Origin: a bacterium
GTDB taxonomy: Bacteria > UBP7 > UBA6624
Direction of reading: 5' to 3'
DNA: 32,000 bases
NCBI GenBank assembly: GCA_002716355.1
Contig: PBAU01000003.1
Coordinates: 30,001-62,000, forward strand
Below, piece after piece: positions 6,945-15,745 of this stretch. The notes beneath the pieces are model-generated. The model was not told the DNA's origin, made no database searches, and worked only from the letters and a program-made list of their open reading frames with translations. The translations under genes were made by a program, and so were the position numbers. Positions within the stretch are counted from its first letter, which is position 1. Every line of letters starts with the position of its first letter.

Positions 6945-7231
6945 TTTGAGTTCATAATGAAAGACATTGCTCCAAGTGAAGCATTGCCTTTCTCGTCATG
7001 GTTTTTTATGTCTGTTACCCTTTTGTCTTTTTCAAGTGTTTTTTTGGTCATTTCTCTCAAGACCCCCCCACTCTTCCCATGAATGACTGTTGCTTTTTTG
7101 ATCTCATGTAAATCCAGGTCGTCAAGCCAGTTTAAAAGCATGTCCTCAGCTTCTTCAAATCTTTTTTTGCGAATGTTGAGTATTTTTGAAGGAGGAGATA
7201 TCTCTGGAGATTCCCATGATGCACCCTTCAT
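6941..7231 (-). CDS. small Smr-domain protein (divergent first motif)
   Basis: 96 aa. ..ILNIRKKRFEEAEDMLLNWLDD....ATVIHGKSGGVLREMTKKTLEKDKRV...GNASLGAMSFIM aligns with the Smr pattern LDLHG..EA...L..fl......v.iIHGKG.G.L+..v...L.....V......GG.GAt.V. The LDLHG position reads LNIRK. There are ATGA-type 4-nt overlaps on both sides. Confidence 0.65.
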   Translation of the reverse strand: MKGASWESPEISPPSKILNIRKKRFEEAEDMLLNWLDDLDLHEIKKATVIHGKSGGVLREMTKKTLEKDKRVTDIKNHDEKGNASLGAMSFIMNSK

Positions 7232-7578
7232 CCATCCTCCGGGAATAAAAATTTACCTGGATCATTAAAGAAATCAGCTCTAAACACACAATTAAAACCT
7301 TTTTTCTTCCACACTGGGATTATTCTTGCATCTCTATGTGTTACTAATCCAATTGTTTTTATTGATTGTGGTAAGTCAGGAAATTTGTCAATGGATTTTG
7401 GATTTTGGGCCCCTAAGTCGACAATTACGAAATCCCATTTTTTTTCTGAAATCCTTTCAGGAACATCCTTTGGTTCAACATGTTCAACTTCATAACCAGT
7501 TGCATTTAATGAAACTTTTATGTGTTCTCCTAGCAGTAAGTTAGGTATGCTCAGCAGGACATCTTCATTTATTTTCAT
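7228..7578 (-). CDS. hypothetical protein, CheY-like pseudo-receiver candidate
   Basis: 116 aa with an alternating beta/alpha pattern: DVLLSIPN / YEVEHV / WDFVIVDLG / IKTIGLVTH / FNCVFRA. It has an Asp at the phospho-acceptor-like position (VIVDLG) and Thr in LVTH, but it lacks the N-terminal acidic pair, and Lys is replaced. The assignment is by eye. Confidence 0.35.
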   Translation of the reverse strand: MKINEDVLLSIPNLLLGEHIKVSLNATGYEVEHVEPKDVPERISEKKWDFVIVDLGAQNPKSIDKFPDLPQSIKTIGLVTHRDARIIPVWKKKGFNCVFRADFFNDPGKFLFPEDG

Positions 7579-9526
7579 GAATTGGTATTTTTTTCCATAA
7601 CGATTTAATGATTAAAAATCCTATTAAGCCCATTATTGCAAATGGCAATAAGTTTGTTGGCGCTTCAGGCGATAAGACATCTCCAAATAGATTATTTTTA
7701 GCAAGCATGATTGATATAGCATTTACAAGACAATGCATCAGTGCGCTATACCATATGGTTCCAGTTCTTAATGTAATCATTGCAAAAATAACCCCAAGAA
7801 CAAAGGTGTACAGGAACCTTGAAGGATCTAGATGCATAAGCGCAAAAAGAGATGAGCTTATTAGTATTGCCCTACTGTTTCCAAGTTTTTTAAATCCATG
7901 TAGAAGAAAGCCTCTGAAAACCAACTCTTCAGCTATGCCTGGCATTACTGCAACTATAAATAACAAGGAAATCAATGAGTTTTCATCAAATATCATCTGC
8001 ATTATTTTCGTAAACTCCTCACCCATTGGCCAAATTGATTCTCCAATATATCCAAAAAGCATTCCGAAAAGCCAAGCACCTATACTTATAAAAAATAACC
8101 ATGGCTTGGGTTGAAATCTTTTCAAAGAGGTAATATAGTCATTTTTTAAACCTAAGAATTTGTTTATAAAGTGAGGAAGCATTACAAGTGCTGTTATTTG
8201 TGCAAGAAAGGTTCCATAAAGTATTGATTTCCCCTCTGACATACTCGGGCTTAACCGGGCTTCAAATACAAAACTGAATATCGCAAAGGCTATAAATATC
8301 AATATAAATGAGATTATTGATTCAGAGCTCGTTGCATACCTTTCTCCTTTTCTCTGTTTGTTCCACCATTGCTTCCAGTTTATTCCGCCCACACCAAGTA
8401 TTGTATTTTCAGATTTGAATTGTTCTGCAGCTAAGTTTAAAAAAACAAAACCAAGAAAAGTTGTCCATGCCGCGGATATCCAAGATATCAATGTTCCTGA
8501 TGCGGTAAGCCATGATTTTAAGGATATCCCAGCTCCAATTCCTGGTATCCAATTCATCCAACTAGACGGACTGTCTGTGCTTAGGCTTAAAAAAGCTCCT
8601 ATCATGAAAATCAAAACAAACGGATGAAGGTAACTGCTTGCTTCTTTTGTAGATTTTGAAGATCCTGCAATGTAAAGAAGAGCTCCACTGAAAAATATTA
8701 TCATTGGTATCGAACCTAAAACCGTAAGTAGGAAATGAGAGTAAAAACTCAAACCCATTTGTCCTTGGGATATTATGTTTATCGAAAGCATCAAGAGCCC
8801 TATATTTAATGCAATTGCAAATATTGCAAGAGATGCAATTACAAGAAATTTTCCAAATATTATTTCTTTAGATGTTATAGGGAGAGCTAAAAGGCTTTCT
8901 GCAGTACCTCTTTCTCTTTCACCTGTCATTGAGTCTATTGCCGGGTGAGCTAAAAGATTAATGACCATTAATAAAACTATAAGTGGCAAGAATTGAGCAA
9001 GCTCAAAGCCTGAGATTTCTTCTTCAGGGGCTATATTGATAATCTTTATATCTGGAGGATTGAGTATTTCTTCAGCGATATTGTTCGCTTTCAGTGTGTT
9101 TTTGATTTTTTCTAAATTCCAATTTTTTACATAGTCTTCAAGCAGGGTTTTCGCTCTTTGAGACCTTCCATCACTTCTAGCCCCGTCAAAATGTATTTCA
9201 AATTCATCATTATTAAGTTCAATATACGCATCAATATTTTTGCTTTTGAGCGCATCTAGCAAATCTGATTTTGAGATTTTTTTGAATTCAACATTATTTT
9301 CTTCAGACTCAAAGGGAATCTCATTTGAAAAACTTTCAGTAACGCCTATCGTGTAATTTTCTTCCAGCCTTTTGTTTGATGTTTGTGCTTCTTGTATCCC
9401 AGCTATAAGTAAAAAAAGTGGCACAAATACTGCAGGCAATATAACCATTGCGATAATAGTTCTAATATCACGTATCAGCTCTGTCCCATCTTTGATGAAA
9501 ATTGCTTTAACTTGATTCCATCTCAT
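7565..9526 (-). CDS. ABC-2 (NatB-like) permease fused to a CPBP (CAAX/Abi) intramembrane protease domain
   Basis: 653 aa. The N-terminal ~390 aa have one TM, a ~130-aa external loop and then a TM bundle, which is the ABC-2/NatB layout. The C-terminal ~250 aa carry the CPBP motifs EELVFRGF (aa 533-540, nt 7907-7930), FALMH (aa 561-565) and ALMHCLVN (aa 595-602). There is a 4-nt overlap with the upstream ATPase gene. Confidence 0.85.
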   Translation of the reverse strand: MRWNQVKAIFIKDGTELIRDIRTIIAMVILPAVFVPLFLLIAGIQEAQTSNKRLEENYTIGVTESFSNEIPFESEENNVEFKKISKSDLLDALKSKNIDAYIELNNDEFEIHFDGARSDGRSQRAKTLLEDYVKNWNLEKIKNTLKANNIAEEILNPPDIKIINIAPEEEISGFELAQFLPLIVLLMVINLLAHPAIDSMTGERERGTAESLLALPITSKEIIFGKFLVIASLAIFAIALNIGLLMLSINIISQGQMGLSFYSHFLLTVLGSIPMIIFFSGALLYIAGSSKSTKEASSYLHPFVLIFMIGAFLSLSTDSPSSWMNWIPGIGAGISLKSWLTASGTLISWISAAWTTFLGFVFLNLAAEQFKSENTILGVGGINWKQWWNKQRKGERYATSSESIISFILIFIAFAIFSFVFEARLSPSMSEGKSILYGTFLAQITALVMLPHFINKFLGLKNDYITSLKRFQPKPWLFFISIGAWLFGMLFGYIGESIWPMGEEFTKIMQMIFDENSLISLLFIVAVMPGIAEELVFRGFLLHGFKKLGNSRAILISSSLFALMHLDPSRFLYTFVLGVIFAMITLRTGTIWYSALMHCLVNAISIMLAKNNLFGDVLSPEAPTNLLPFAIMGLIGFLIIKSLWKKIPIHENK

Positions 9527-10230
9527 TGTTGCACACCAGCTATCTTTAAAAATGATTTTGAAAGACTTTGTTCAGGCCATTGGTTTTTTTTCCAGCTTGC
9601 TACAGACTTGCCATCAGATAGAACAACTATTGAGTCTGCTATTTTTTCAGCAATCCAAACTTGATGAGTTGAAATCAGTATCCCTCTGCCTTCAGCCTTA
9701 GCTTGGTTTAAATCTTGGATTATCTTAGTTGTTGCAACTAGATCAAGTGTCGCAGTAGGTTCATCTAGTATTAAATAATCAGTATTTCTTGCAAGGGCTC
9801 TAGCGATAAGAACTCTTTGTTTATTTCCCGTAGAGAGTGTTTCCATTCTTTTTTCTGCATACTGTTCAATACTTAATGCTTTTAAGTATTTTTCAGTTTG
9901 GTTGATTGCTTTTTTTTCAGTGAGGCCCTCTGCTCGTAATGAGAACAATATATGCTCTTTTGCAGTTAATCTTTTGTATGTGCCTGCATCCGCATGAACA
10001 TAAGCTAAAGATTGACGAAGCTCTAATGAGCTTGTTTCCTTGTTGTTTAAAAGTATCTTTCCGGAATCTGGCTTAAGCAATCCTATTAAGGTTCTTATTG
10101 TTGTTGTTTTCCCTGCTCCATTAGCTCCAAGAAGAGCTACAATTTCACCTTTTTTTATGTCTAGAGAAACATTTTTACAGGCTTGTGTTCCCTCTATAGT
10201 TTTTTGAATATTTTTTAAAGATATGCTCAC
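9523..10230 (-). CDS. ABC transporter ATP-binding protein (NatA-like)
   Basis: 235 aa. Walker A GANGAGKTTT, signature LSTGNKQRVLIARAL, Walker B LILDEPTATLD, H-loop STHQ. Confidence 0.9.
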   Translation of the reverse strand: MSISLKNIQKTIEGTQACKNVSLDIKKGEIVALLGANGAGKTTTIRTLIGLLKPDSGKILLNNKETSSLELRQSLAYVHADAGTYKRLTAKEHILFSLRAEGLTEKKAINQTEKYLKALSIEQYAEKRMETLSTGNKQRVLIARALARNTDYLILDEPTATLDLVATTKIIQDLNQAKAEGRGILISTHQVWIAEKIADSIVVLSDGKSVASWKKNQWPEQSLSKSFLKIAGVQQ

Positions 10231-12101
10231 ATTCTTGAAGGTACTGATATCCCAAAGATTTTTAATGTCTCTTCTAGTGTTTTTAATGTGCAGTAGGCCA
10301 AGTTGATCCTAAATTTTTCTAATTCAGGATCTTTATTAATGATTGGGCTTGAATGGTAAAAGTTTGAAAATGCTTTTGACAGCCTGTGAAGTGACTCTAG
10401 CAAAGGAGTTGGGCTTATGGTTTCAAAAGATCTTTTTAATTCATTTTGGATAGTAAAAATGTTAAAAATAAGAGTTTTTTCATCTTTATTCATTTTTGTT
10501 TTTTCAAATTTAAGATTAGGCTGTATTCCGCTTTTTTCTATGACTCTTTTACATCTAACCGCAGCATATTGCAAATAAGACCCTGTTTTTCCCTCATTAG
10601 ACAGTACCTCTTCCCATTTGAAGGATATTCTTTTATTGAAGTCTCTTGAGAACATTAAATGTTTTAAAGCTCCTGTTGTTACTTTCTCAAGATCTTTTTT
10701 TGAAATTTTTTGACTTGATTTTGATTTTGTAAATTTTTTAGCTTCTTCCCATAATTCAGAAAAAGCAACAATGTTTCCTGACCTACTTGACATTTTTCCC
10801 TCAGGCAAATCAACCATTTCATATCCAATATGAATCAATTCTGACAGCTTTTTATCTTGTTCTAGTATTTTAAAAATCTGTTTGAAGTAAAAGCTTTGTG
10901 GAGCACCTACAACATAAAAAGACTTATTTGTTTTGTATTGGTTTTGTTTCAATTCTGCTAATGCAAGATCTTTTGCTGAGTACAGAGGCAATCCATCAGA
11001 TCGTAACAGTGGCAATACATCTAATTTATTGCTGTTGTATGGTTCTTTTTTAAAGTCAACCAAAACAGACCCGCCTTCTTTTTCAGCTAAGTTTTTGTTT
11101 ACAAGTTTATTTGATATTCGAATTGCATCTTCCTCTACATCTGATTCATAATATATTTTTTCAAAATCAACATCGAGAAGTCGGTATATTTTTTCAAAGG
11201 CATCCATGCACCATTTTTTTGTTTTCTTCCAGTCTTTTACGAGTTCTGGATCCTTGTTTTTCCACCTTTCTGCAATTTCATTCTGCAGATCCAAATCTTT
11301 TTTCCAGTTGATTGCAGATTTATTTAGGTTTTTAAAATTTTCTGAATGAAGGCGGCCATCAGTTGATTTTTTCAAGATTTTGCTGATTAGAAATTTGTTT
11401 TTTTTGAATTTTTTAAATTTTTCACCTATTTCAAAATCTGAATCTTGATTAAGTAGATCTTTTACACTCCATGCTTCTTTAATAAAATTTTCCCTCGATC
11501 CTGATTCTCTTTGTGCCCATTGTGAGTAGTATTCACCAAGCCATCTGGAGAGATCAAGGTTAGGTTCTTGCTCTAGTGTTGGCGGTTTTGGCTTTCCAGC
11601 TAGCTCCCAACCTAAGAGAGCCTTAAGGACATGGGTTCCTATATCACCTATATAGTTTGCTGGAATAACATTTATTCCAAATTTTCTTGCTATCCTAACT
11701 ATGAAATCGCCAGTAACAACATTTCTAAAATGGCCTATATGGAATGCTTTGTGTGTGTTTGGTTGAGAGTATTCAACAATCCATTTTTGTTCATCTCTCT
11801 CTTGGTCAAAAACATTTTTATTTGTTGAGTAGAAGTTAAAGATACTTTCTGCAAGTTCCTCATAGTTTGGTTCAATTTTGAGTGATTTGTTTTCATTGGT
11901 TACAGATTTGATAAGTTTTGTTTTTCTTATTTTTTTTAAATCACTTTCTTTTGAGCCTCCCCATCGAATTGAATTGGTGCAAACAAATGTTAGGCTCTTG
12001 TCCTCTCTTCTTAATGAAGCAGCATGTTTTTCTCCGGGCTTTATTTCCGAAAGCATGTCATTGACATTCATTGTGAAGATATCCCAAGGGTGTTTATTCA
12101 T
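10227..12101 (-). CDS. argS: arginine--tRNA ligase
   Basis: 624 aa. Class I HIGH motif (AFHIGHFRNVVTGD), GKMSSRSGN in the KMSKS position, an ArgS-type anticodon-binding C-terminus, and the characteristic terminal ...GISVPSRM. Confidence 0.88.
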   Translation of the reverse strand: MNKHPWDIFTMNVNDMLSEIKPGEKHAASLRREDKSLTFVCTNSIRWGGSKESDLKKIRKTKLIKSVTNENKSLKIEPNYEELAESIFNFYSTNKNVFDQERDEQKWIVEYSQPNTHKAFHIGHFRNVVTGDFIVRIARKFGINVIPANYIGDIGTHVLKALLGWELAGKPKPPTLEQEPNLDLSRWLGEYYSQWAQRESGSRENFIKEAWSVKDLLNQDSDFEIGEKFKKFKKNKFLISKILKKSTDGRLHSENFKNLNKSAINWKKDLDLQNEIAERWKNKDPELVKDWKKTKKWCMDAFEKIYRLLDVDFEKIYYESDVEEDAIRISNKLVNKNLAEKEGGSVLVDFKKEPYNSNKLDVLPLLRSDGLPLYSAKDLALAELKQNQYKTNKSFYVVGAPQSFYFKQIFKILEQDKKLSELIHIGYEMVDLPEGKMSSRSGNIVAFSELWEEAKKFTKSKSSQKISKKDLEKVTTGALKHLMFSRDFNKRISFKWEEVLSNEGKTGSYLQYAAVRCKRVIEKSGIQPNLKFEKTKMNKDEKTLIFNIFTIQNELKRSFETISPTPLLESLHRLSKAFSNFYHSSPIINKDPELEKFRINLAYCTLKTLEETLKIFGISVPSRM

Positions 12102-12996
12102 AGTTGCTAAGTACCATCATAAGAAACTTTTCGAAACCTAAGCCTGCTTTTTGCGCACTTAAGGGCAAAAGGCTTAAATCTGTCATTCCCGGTATTGTAT
12201 TTGTTTCAAGGTACCATATATTCTTATTATCGATTATGAAATCTGATCTCGAGAAAGACCTGCAGCCAAGTGCTTTATGAGCATCTAATGCATACTTTTT
12301 TATTTTATTTCGAATTGCTGTTTCTAAATTTTTTGGTTTTTTTATATATTCCGTTTCTCCAGATGTATATTTTGATTTATAGTTATAAAAAGATTCTTTT
12401 TTTGGCTTTATTTCTATAATGCCTAATGGTTTTGTTTTTTTATTTGTTTCTATAACGCCAACTGTTAGCTCCCTACCTTTTATGTATGGCTCAACAAGGC
12501 ATTTTTTTGATACTGATAAATTTTCCCAATCTTCGTCTGTTTCAACTAATGTGGTGTCTATGCTGGAGCCTTCATTTATTGGTTTGACTATTAACTTGTT
12601 ATCAAAGTCCTTGAATTTAGGCTTTTTATTTTTGTCATATATTTTTTGTGGAAGAACAGGAATTCCTTTTGAGGTCATTAATTTTTTTGTTTTTACTTTA
12701 TCTAAAGCAAGGGAGCTTTGTTTTGCTTTGGATCCAACGTATTTGATTTCATGCAATTCTAAAAATGCTTGAATTGCACCATCTTCACCCCCTCCTCTCC
12801 CATGAAGGCATGGAAAAATCAGTATGTTTTTTAAATCCTCTTCAAGCAAGGTAAGGAGATTGTCTGCGATTTTTATATCTTTTTTTTCCGTACGAGAATG
12901 AAAGCTTTTTATTGCTTTGTAAGTTTGAGCCATTGAGTTTAAGCTCACATCTCTTTCGGTAGACCAGCCCCCTCCAAGGACAATTATTTTCTTCAT
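12094..12996 (-). CDS. ddl: D-alanine--D-alanine ligase
   Basis: MKKIIVLGGGWSTERDVSLNS, FPCLHGRGGEDGAIQAFLE and SRSDFIID...YLETNTIPGMT. The start was set at ATG 12996 (ATGA overlap with the map stop) rather than the longer 13035 extension. Confidence 0.9.
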   Translation of the reverse strand: MKKIIVLGGGWSTERDVSLNSMAQTYKAIKSFHSRTEKKDIKIADNLLTLLEEDLKNILIFPCLHGRGGGEDGAIQAFLELHEIKYVGSKAKQSSLALDKVKTKKLMTSKGIPVLPQKIYDKNKKPKFKDFDNKLIVKPINEGSSIDTTLVETDEDWENLSVSKKCLVEPYIKGRELTVGVIETNKKTKPLGIIEIKPKKESFYNYKSKYTSGETEYIKKPKNLETAIRNKIKKYALDAHKALGCRSFSRSDFIIDNKNIWYLETNTIPGMTDLSLLPLSAQKAGLGFEKFLMMVLSNYE

Positions 12997-13784
12997 TTGA
13001 ATATTATTGAAGGTTTCTTTGACCACAATTCGCAATCCGTAAGGATCATTGGGGGGTCATTGACAACTACAGTATGTTCATAATGCGCTGTTAGAGAGTG
13101 ATCTTGAGTTACAACAGTCCATCCATCAGATTTTGTATATGTCTTTGTGTTTCCTTGAGATGCCATTATTTCTATTGCTATACATTGATTGCTAGACAGC
13201 GTTTCTCCCGTTCCTTTTGTTCCAAAATTTGGAATAAGAGGTTCTCCATGCAGTATTGTTCCTATACCATGTCCAAAAAGCTCTGCACTAGGGTTGTAGC
13301 CTTTTCTTAACAATACTTCTTGTGTAGCAAAGCCTATATCGCCAGTTTTTTTTCCAGGTTTTGCTTGTTCTATTGAGCTGTAGAGAGAGTCCCACACACA
13401 GTCTAGAAAGTCCATGTTTTTTTGAGATATTTGACCAACTGGATATGTGTATGCAGAATCAGAGTACATCTTTTCAAAAATGACTCCAAAATCAACTGTA
13501 ACGATGTCGCCCTCAAGAAGTATTCTGTCCGAAGGGAAACCATGCACAAAGTCTTCATTGACGCTTATGCATGTAGCAAATGGGTAGTTGTTGTAGCCTT
13601 GAAAAGCAGGTTTTGAGTTTCTTTCTTTTATTTCTGCTAAAACCATATTTTCAATCTCTATTGTTTTTATTCCAGGTTTTATAAACTGTTTTAATGCTAG
13701 CAGCACTTCGCCAGTTATTTTTGCGCTTTGCTTAGATTTGTTTAATGATTTTTTATCAAGTATTTGTATGTTTGATTTATTCAT
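12993..13784 (-). CDS. map: type I methionine aminopeptidase
   Basis: 263 aa. VHGFP, GDIVTVDFG, SDSAYTYPVG, GHGIGTILHGEP, IEIM and EHTVVV metal-ligand blocks are in canonical order. Confidence 0.93.
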   Translation of the reverse strand: MNKSNIQILDKKSLNKSKQSAKITGEVLLALKQFIKPGIKTIEIENMVLAEIKERNSKPAFQGYNNYPFATCISVNEDFVHGFPSDRILLEGDIVTVDFGVIFEKMYSDSAYTYPVGQISQKNMDFLDCVWDSLYSSIEQAKPGKKTGDIGFATQEVLLRKGYNPSAELFGHGIGTILHGEPLIPNFGTKGTGETLSSNQCIAIEIMASQGNTKTYTKSDGWTVVTQDHSLTAHYEHTVVVNDPPMILTDCELWSKKPSIIFK

Positions 13785-14535
13785 GATTTTTAATCTCGCT
13801 AAATTTTATCAATTTTATTGATGAATCTTCTTTGAAAAACATTTTTAATTTTTCATTTATAAGTGTAGATAATTCAATTTCTCTTTGCCATGAGTATTGA
13901 CAGCCCTCTATAACTTTTTTATTTATCGATCCAGGCCTGCAAGGCATGTCTGTAATTCCATTTTTTAAATTTTTTAAAATTTTTAAAAAACCTGGGAGCG
14001 TGATTGATGGCTCGTCATAAAAGTCTTCAGAGAGGTTGTCAGGTGTGTTTACGCTTCGTGCTTTAGCTGCATCTTTCTGCCAAGGGAAGAAGGTTCTAAT
14101 TGGAATTTTTTCTAATCTTGCAATATCTAAAGCAATTTCAAAAATTTTTGGATTATTTTCCATTTCATCTGAGCAACATATCCATTTAGGAACAAATGAC
14201 TCTTTCGCTTTTTTTAACTGAGCATAAAATTCCTTTTCAAGTTCTTTTGTTTTAGCATTAAGCATCAGCTCCCTTCCGCTTCTTAAAAAATCACCTTTAT
14301 TGTCGATTAAAGAATTGATTCCACTTTGCAAAATCGGCTTGCCCTTTGTTGCATTTAGCTGGATTCCCAATTCGGTTTTTGTTTTCTTTAAGGCTTTTAG
14401 GAATTTTGATTTTTTTGATGTGTTTATGATTGCTACATTTTTGAGAATGCCTTCTTTGCAGGCTCTTATTATGCCTTTGTCTATAGCTTCAAACAATCCA
14501 AAGTCATTTGCTGCAAGGATGAGTTTTTTACTCAT
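13777..14535 (-). CDS. YdjC/ChbG-family carbohydrate deacetylase-like protein
   Basis: 252 aa. The N-terminal LILAANDFGLFEAIDKGIIRACKEGILKNVAII matches the YdjC-family opening motif (ADDFGls..vN.GI..a...G.v.s). Confidence 0.6.
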   Translation of the reverse strand: MSKKLILAANDFGLFEAIDKGIIRACKEGILKNVAIINTSKKSKFLKALKKTKTELGIQLNATKGKPILQSGINSLIDNKGDFLRSGRELMLNAKTKELEKEFYAQLKKAKESFVPKWICCSDEMENNPKIFEIALDIARLEKIPIRTFFPWQKDAAKARSVNTPDNLSEDFYDEPSITLPGFLKILKNLKNGITDMPCRPGSINKKVIEGCQYSWQREIELSTLINEKLKMFFKEDSSIKLIKFSEIKNHE

Positions 14536-15745
14536 TAACTGTTTGGATGTTTCTATTCCACCATTCCTCTGGAAAATTCCATATTATTCCAGATTTTGAA
14601 AATTGAACAATTGATTCGTTTGGATAAAAAATAACATTAAGCTCAAAATTGTTTTCAGTACACCTGATAGCCAATGATACCTTTTTTGTTAAGTTTGTTA
14701 CATTGGCTGGTCTTGCACCTTCTGGCCAGGTTTCAGAAAACACCTGAGTCCATTTTTCTTGACTTTCTGAAGAAAGTGATTCTCCGTTTTTTTCAAAATC
14801 ACATTGTTTTGAATCTTCTAGTTCCAAAAAAACATTTCTATAAATGGTTTCGTTTGTTTTCAAAATCAAATCTGGCTTCCAGTCTTTTTCCATATAGAAG
14901 CCACCAAATGAATCCCCCCAAGAAGCCCAGTAATCTTCGTAAGGGTTTAGCATTATCTCGAGAGGTTTTTCATCATCATATTTTTTTATTGAAATCTTGA
15001 CAGCCGGGTCACTTAGAAAGTCTCTATAGTTTAATCTTTCCCCCTCTGTCGTTCCAATTGTTTCAATAATTTTTTGAACCTTGTTTCCCGAAACAGGCAA
15101 GTCTGTGCTTAAATCTTGCCATTGATTGCCTTCTGTTCTTTTTAGATCCCATAAAACTATTTTCTCAAAATCACTAAAGCCCGGTATGTTTAGATATTTT
15201 GTGTTCACATGAGCAGAAATGCTTTCCACCTCATCAGGTTTTATTTTCGTCAACCTTTTGTCAACCCATGACTCAACCTTGCCAACAAAGGATTGATAGA
15301 TGTCAAAGTCAATGAGGTGAATTGTTTTGTCATTTTGAAACTTTAAATAAGCTTTCTCAGATGATTCTGGAGATCCGATATAAAAAATTGATTCCCTGTA
15401 ATTGGATCTCACGGTAATCTTGATTGCATTTGGGCCCAATCCATATTCTTCATATTTCTCAATCGGTTCAAAAGAGTCAAGTGCTTTTATTTCTTTAAGT
15501 GACTTAAGTGCTATATTTAGTTTTGTTTTTTCGGGACTGTATCCATTTGGGAAGTTTAAGACCCACTTATCCGTGTAATTCATGAAATGAACCTCTAGGT
15601 CATCTGATTGTTTTTGCAATAGCAACTCTTGATGCTTCAGGTTGTTTATCCATTTTAGGGTGTTTGGTTTTGGCTTCATGAATTGGATGCTGAAATAAGC
15701 AAGTATTGGAAATGTCAAAAATATTAAAAATTTATTATTTTTCAT
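14528..15745 (-). CDS. hypothetical N-terminally anchored protein (DUF4340-like by position)
   Basis: 405 aa with a single N-terminal TM. It follows the GldG-like gene, as DUF4340 proteins do in ABC_transp_aux operons. The assignment rests on context, not on a recognised motif. Confidence 0.4.
   Translation of the reverse strand: MKNNKFLIFLTFPILAYFSIQFMKPKPNTLKWINNLKHQELLLQKQSDDLEVHFMNYTDKWVLNFPNGYSPEKTKLNIALKSLKEIKALDSFEPIEKYEEYGLGPNAIKITVRSNYRESIFYIGSPESSEKAYLKFQNDKTIHLIDFDIYQSFVGKVESWVDKRLTKIKPDEVESISAHVNTKYLNIPGFSDFEKIVLWDLKRTEGNQWQDLSTDLPVSGNKVQKIIETIGTTEGERLNYRDFLSDPAVKISIKKYDDEKPLEIMLNPYEDYWASWGDSFGGFYMEKDWKPDLILKTNETIYRNVFLELEDSKQCDFEKNGESLSSESQEKWTQVFSETWPEGARPANVTNLTKKVSLAIRCTENNFELNVIFYPNESIVQFSKSGIIWNFPEEWWNRNIQTVNE

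Noticed and set aside
24-7231. A 'ribosome-rescue neighbourhood' idea linking smpB-ssrA, rph (an exoribonuclease implicated in tmRNA 3' maturation in E. coli) and the Smr-domain gene (SmrB-type collided-ribosome nucleases).
   Set aside because: The genes are in different transcription units and are separated by unrelated genes. The Smr protein lacks the DxH motif. The link is thematic only.
7608-8114. 168-aa plus-strand ORF antisense to the CPBP domain. There are similar long antisense ORFs at 8358-8627, 12419-12772, 14674-15000, 17533-17811, 20631-21017, 26321-26908 and 27500-27853.
   Set aside because: Each lies entirely inside a gene with strong family motifs on the opposite strand. Their translations are low-complexity and not protein-like. 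Long shadow ORFs are expected opposite AT-rich, codon-biased genes.
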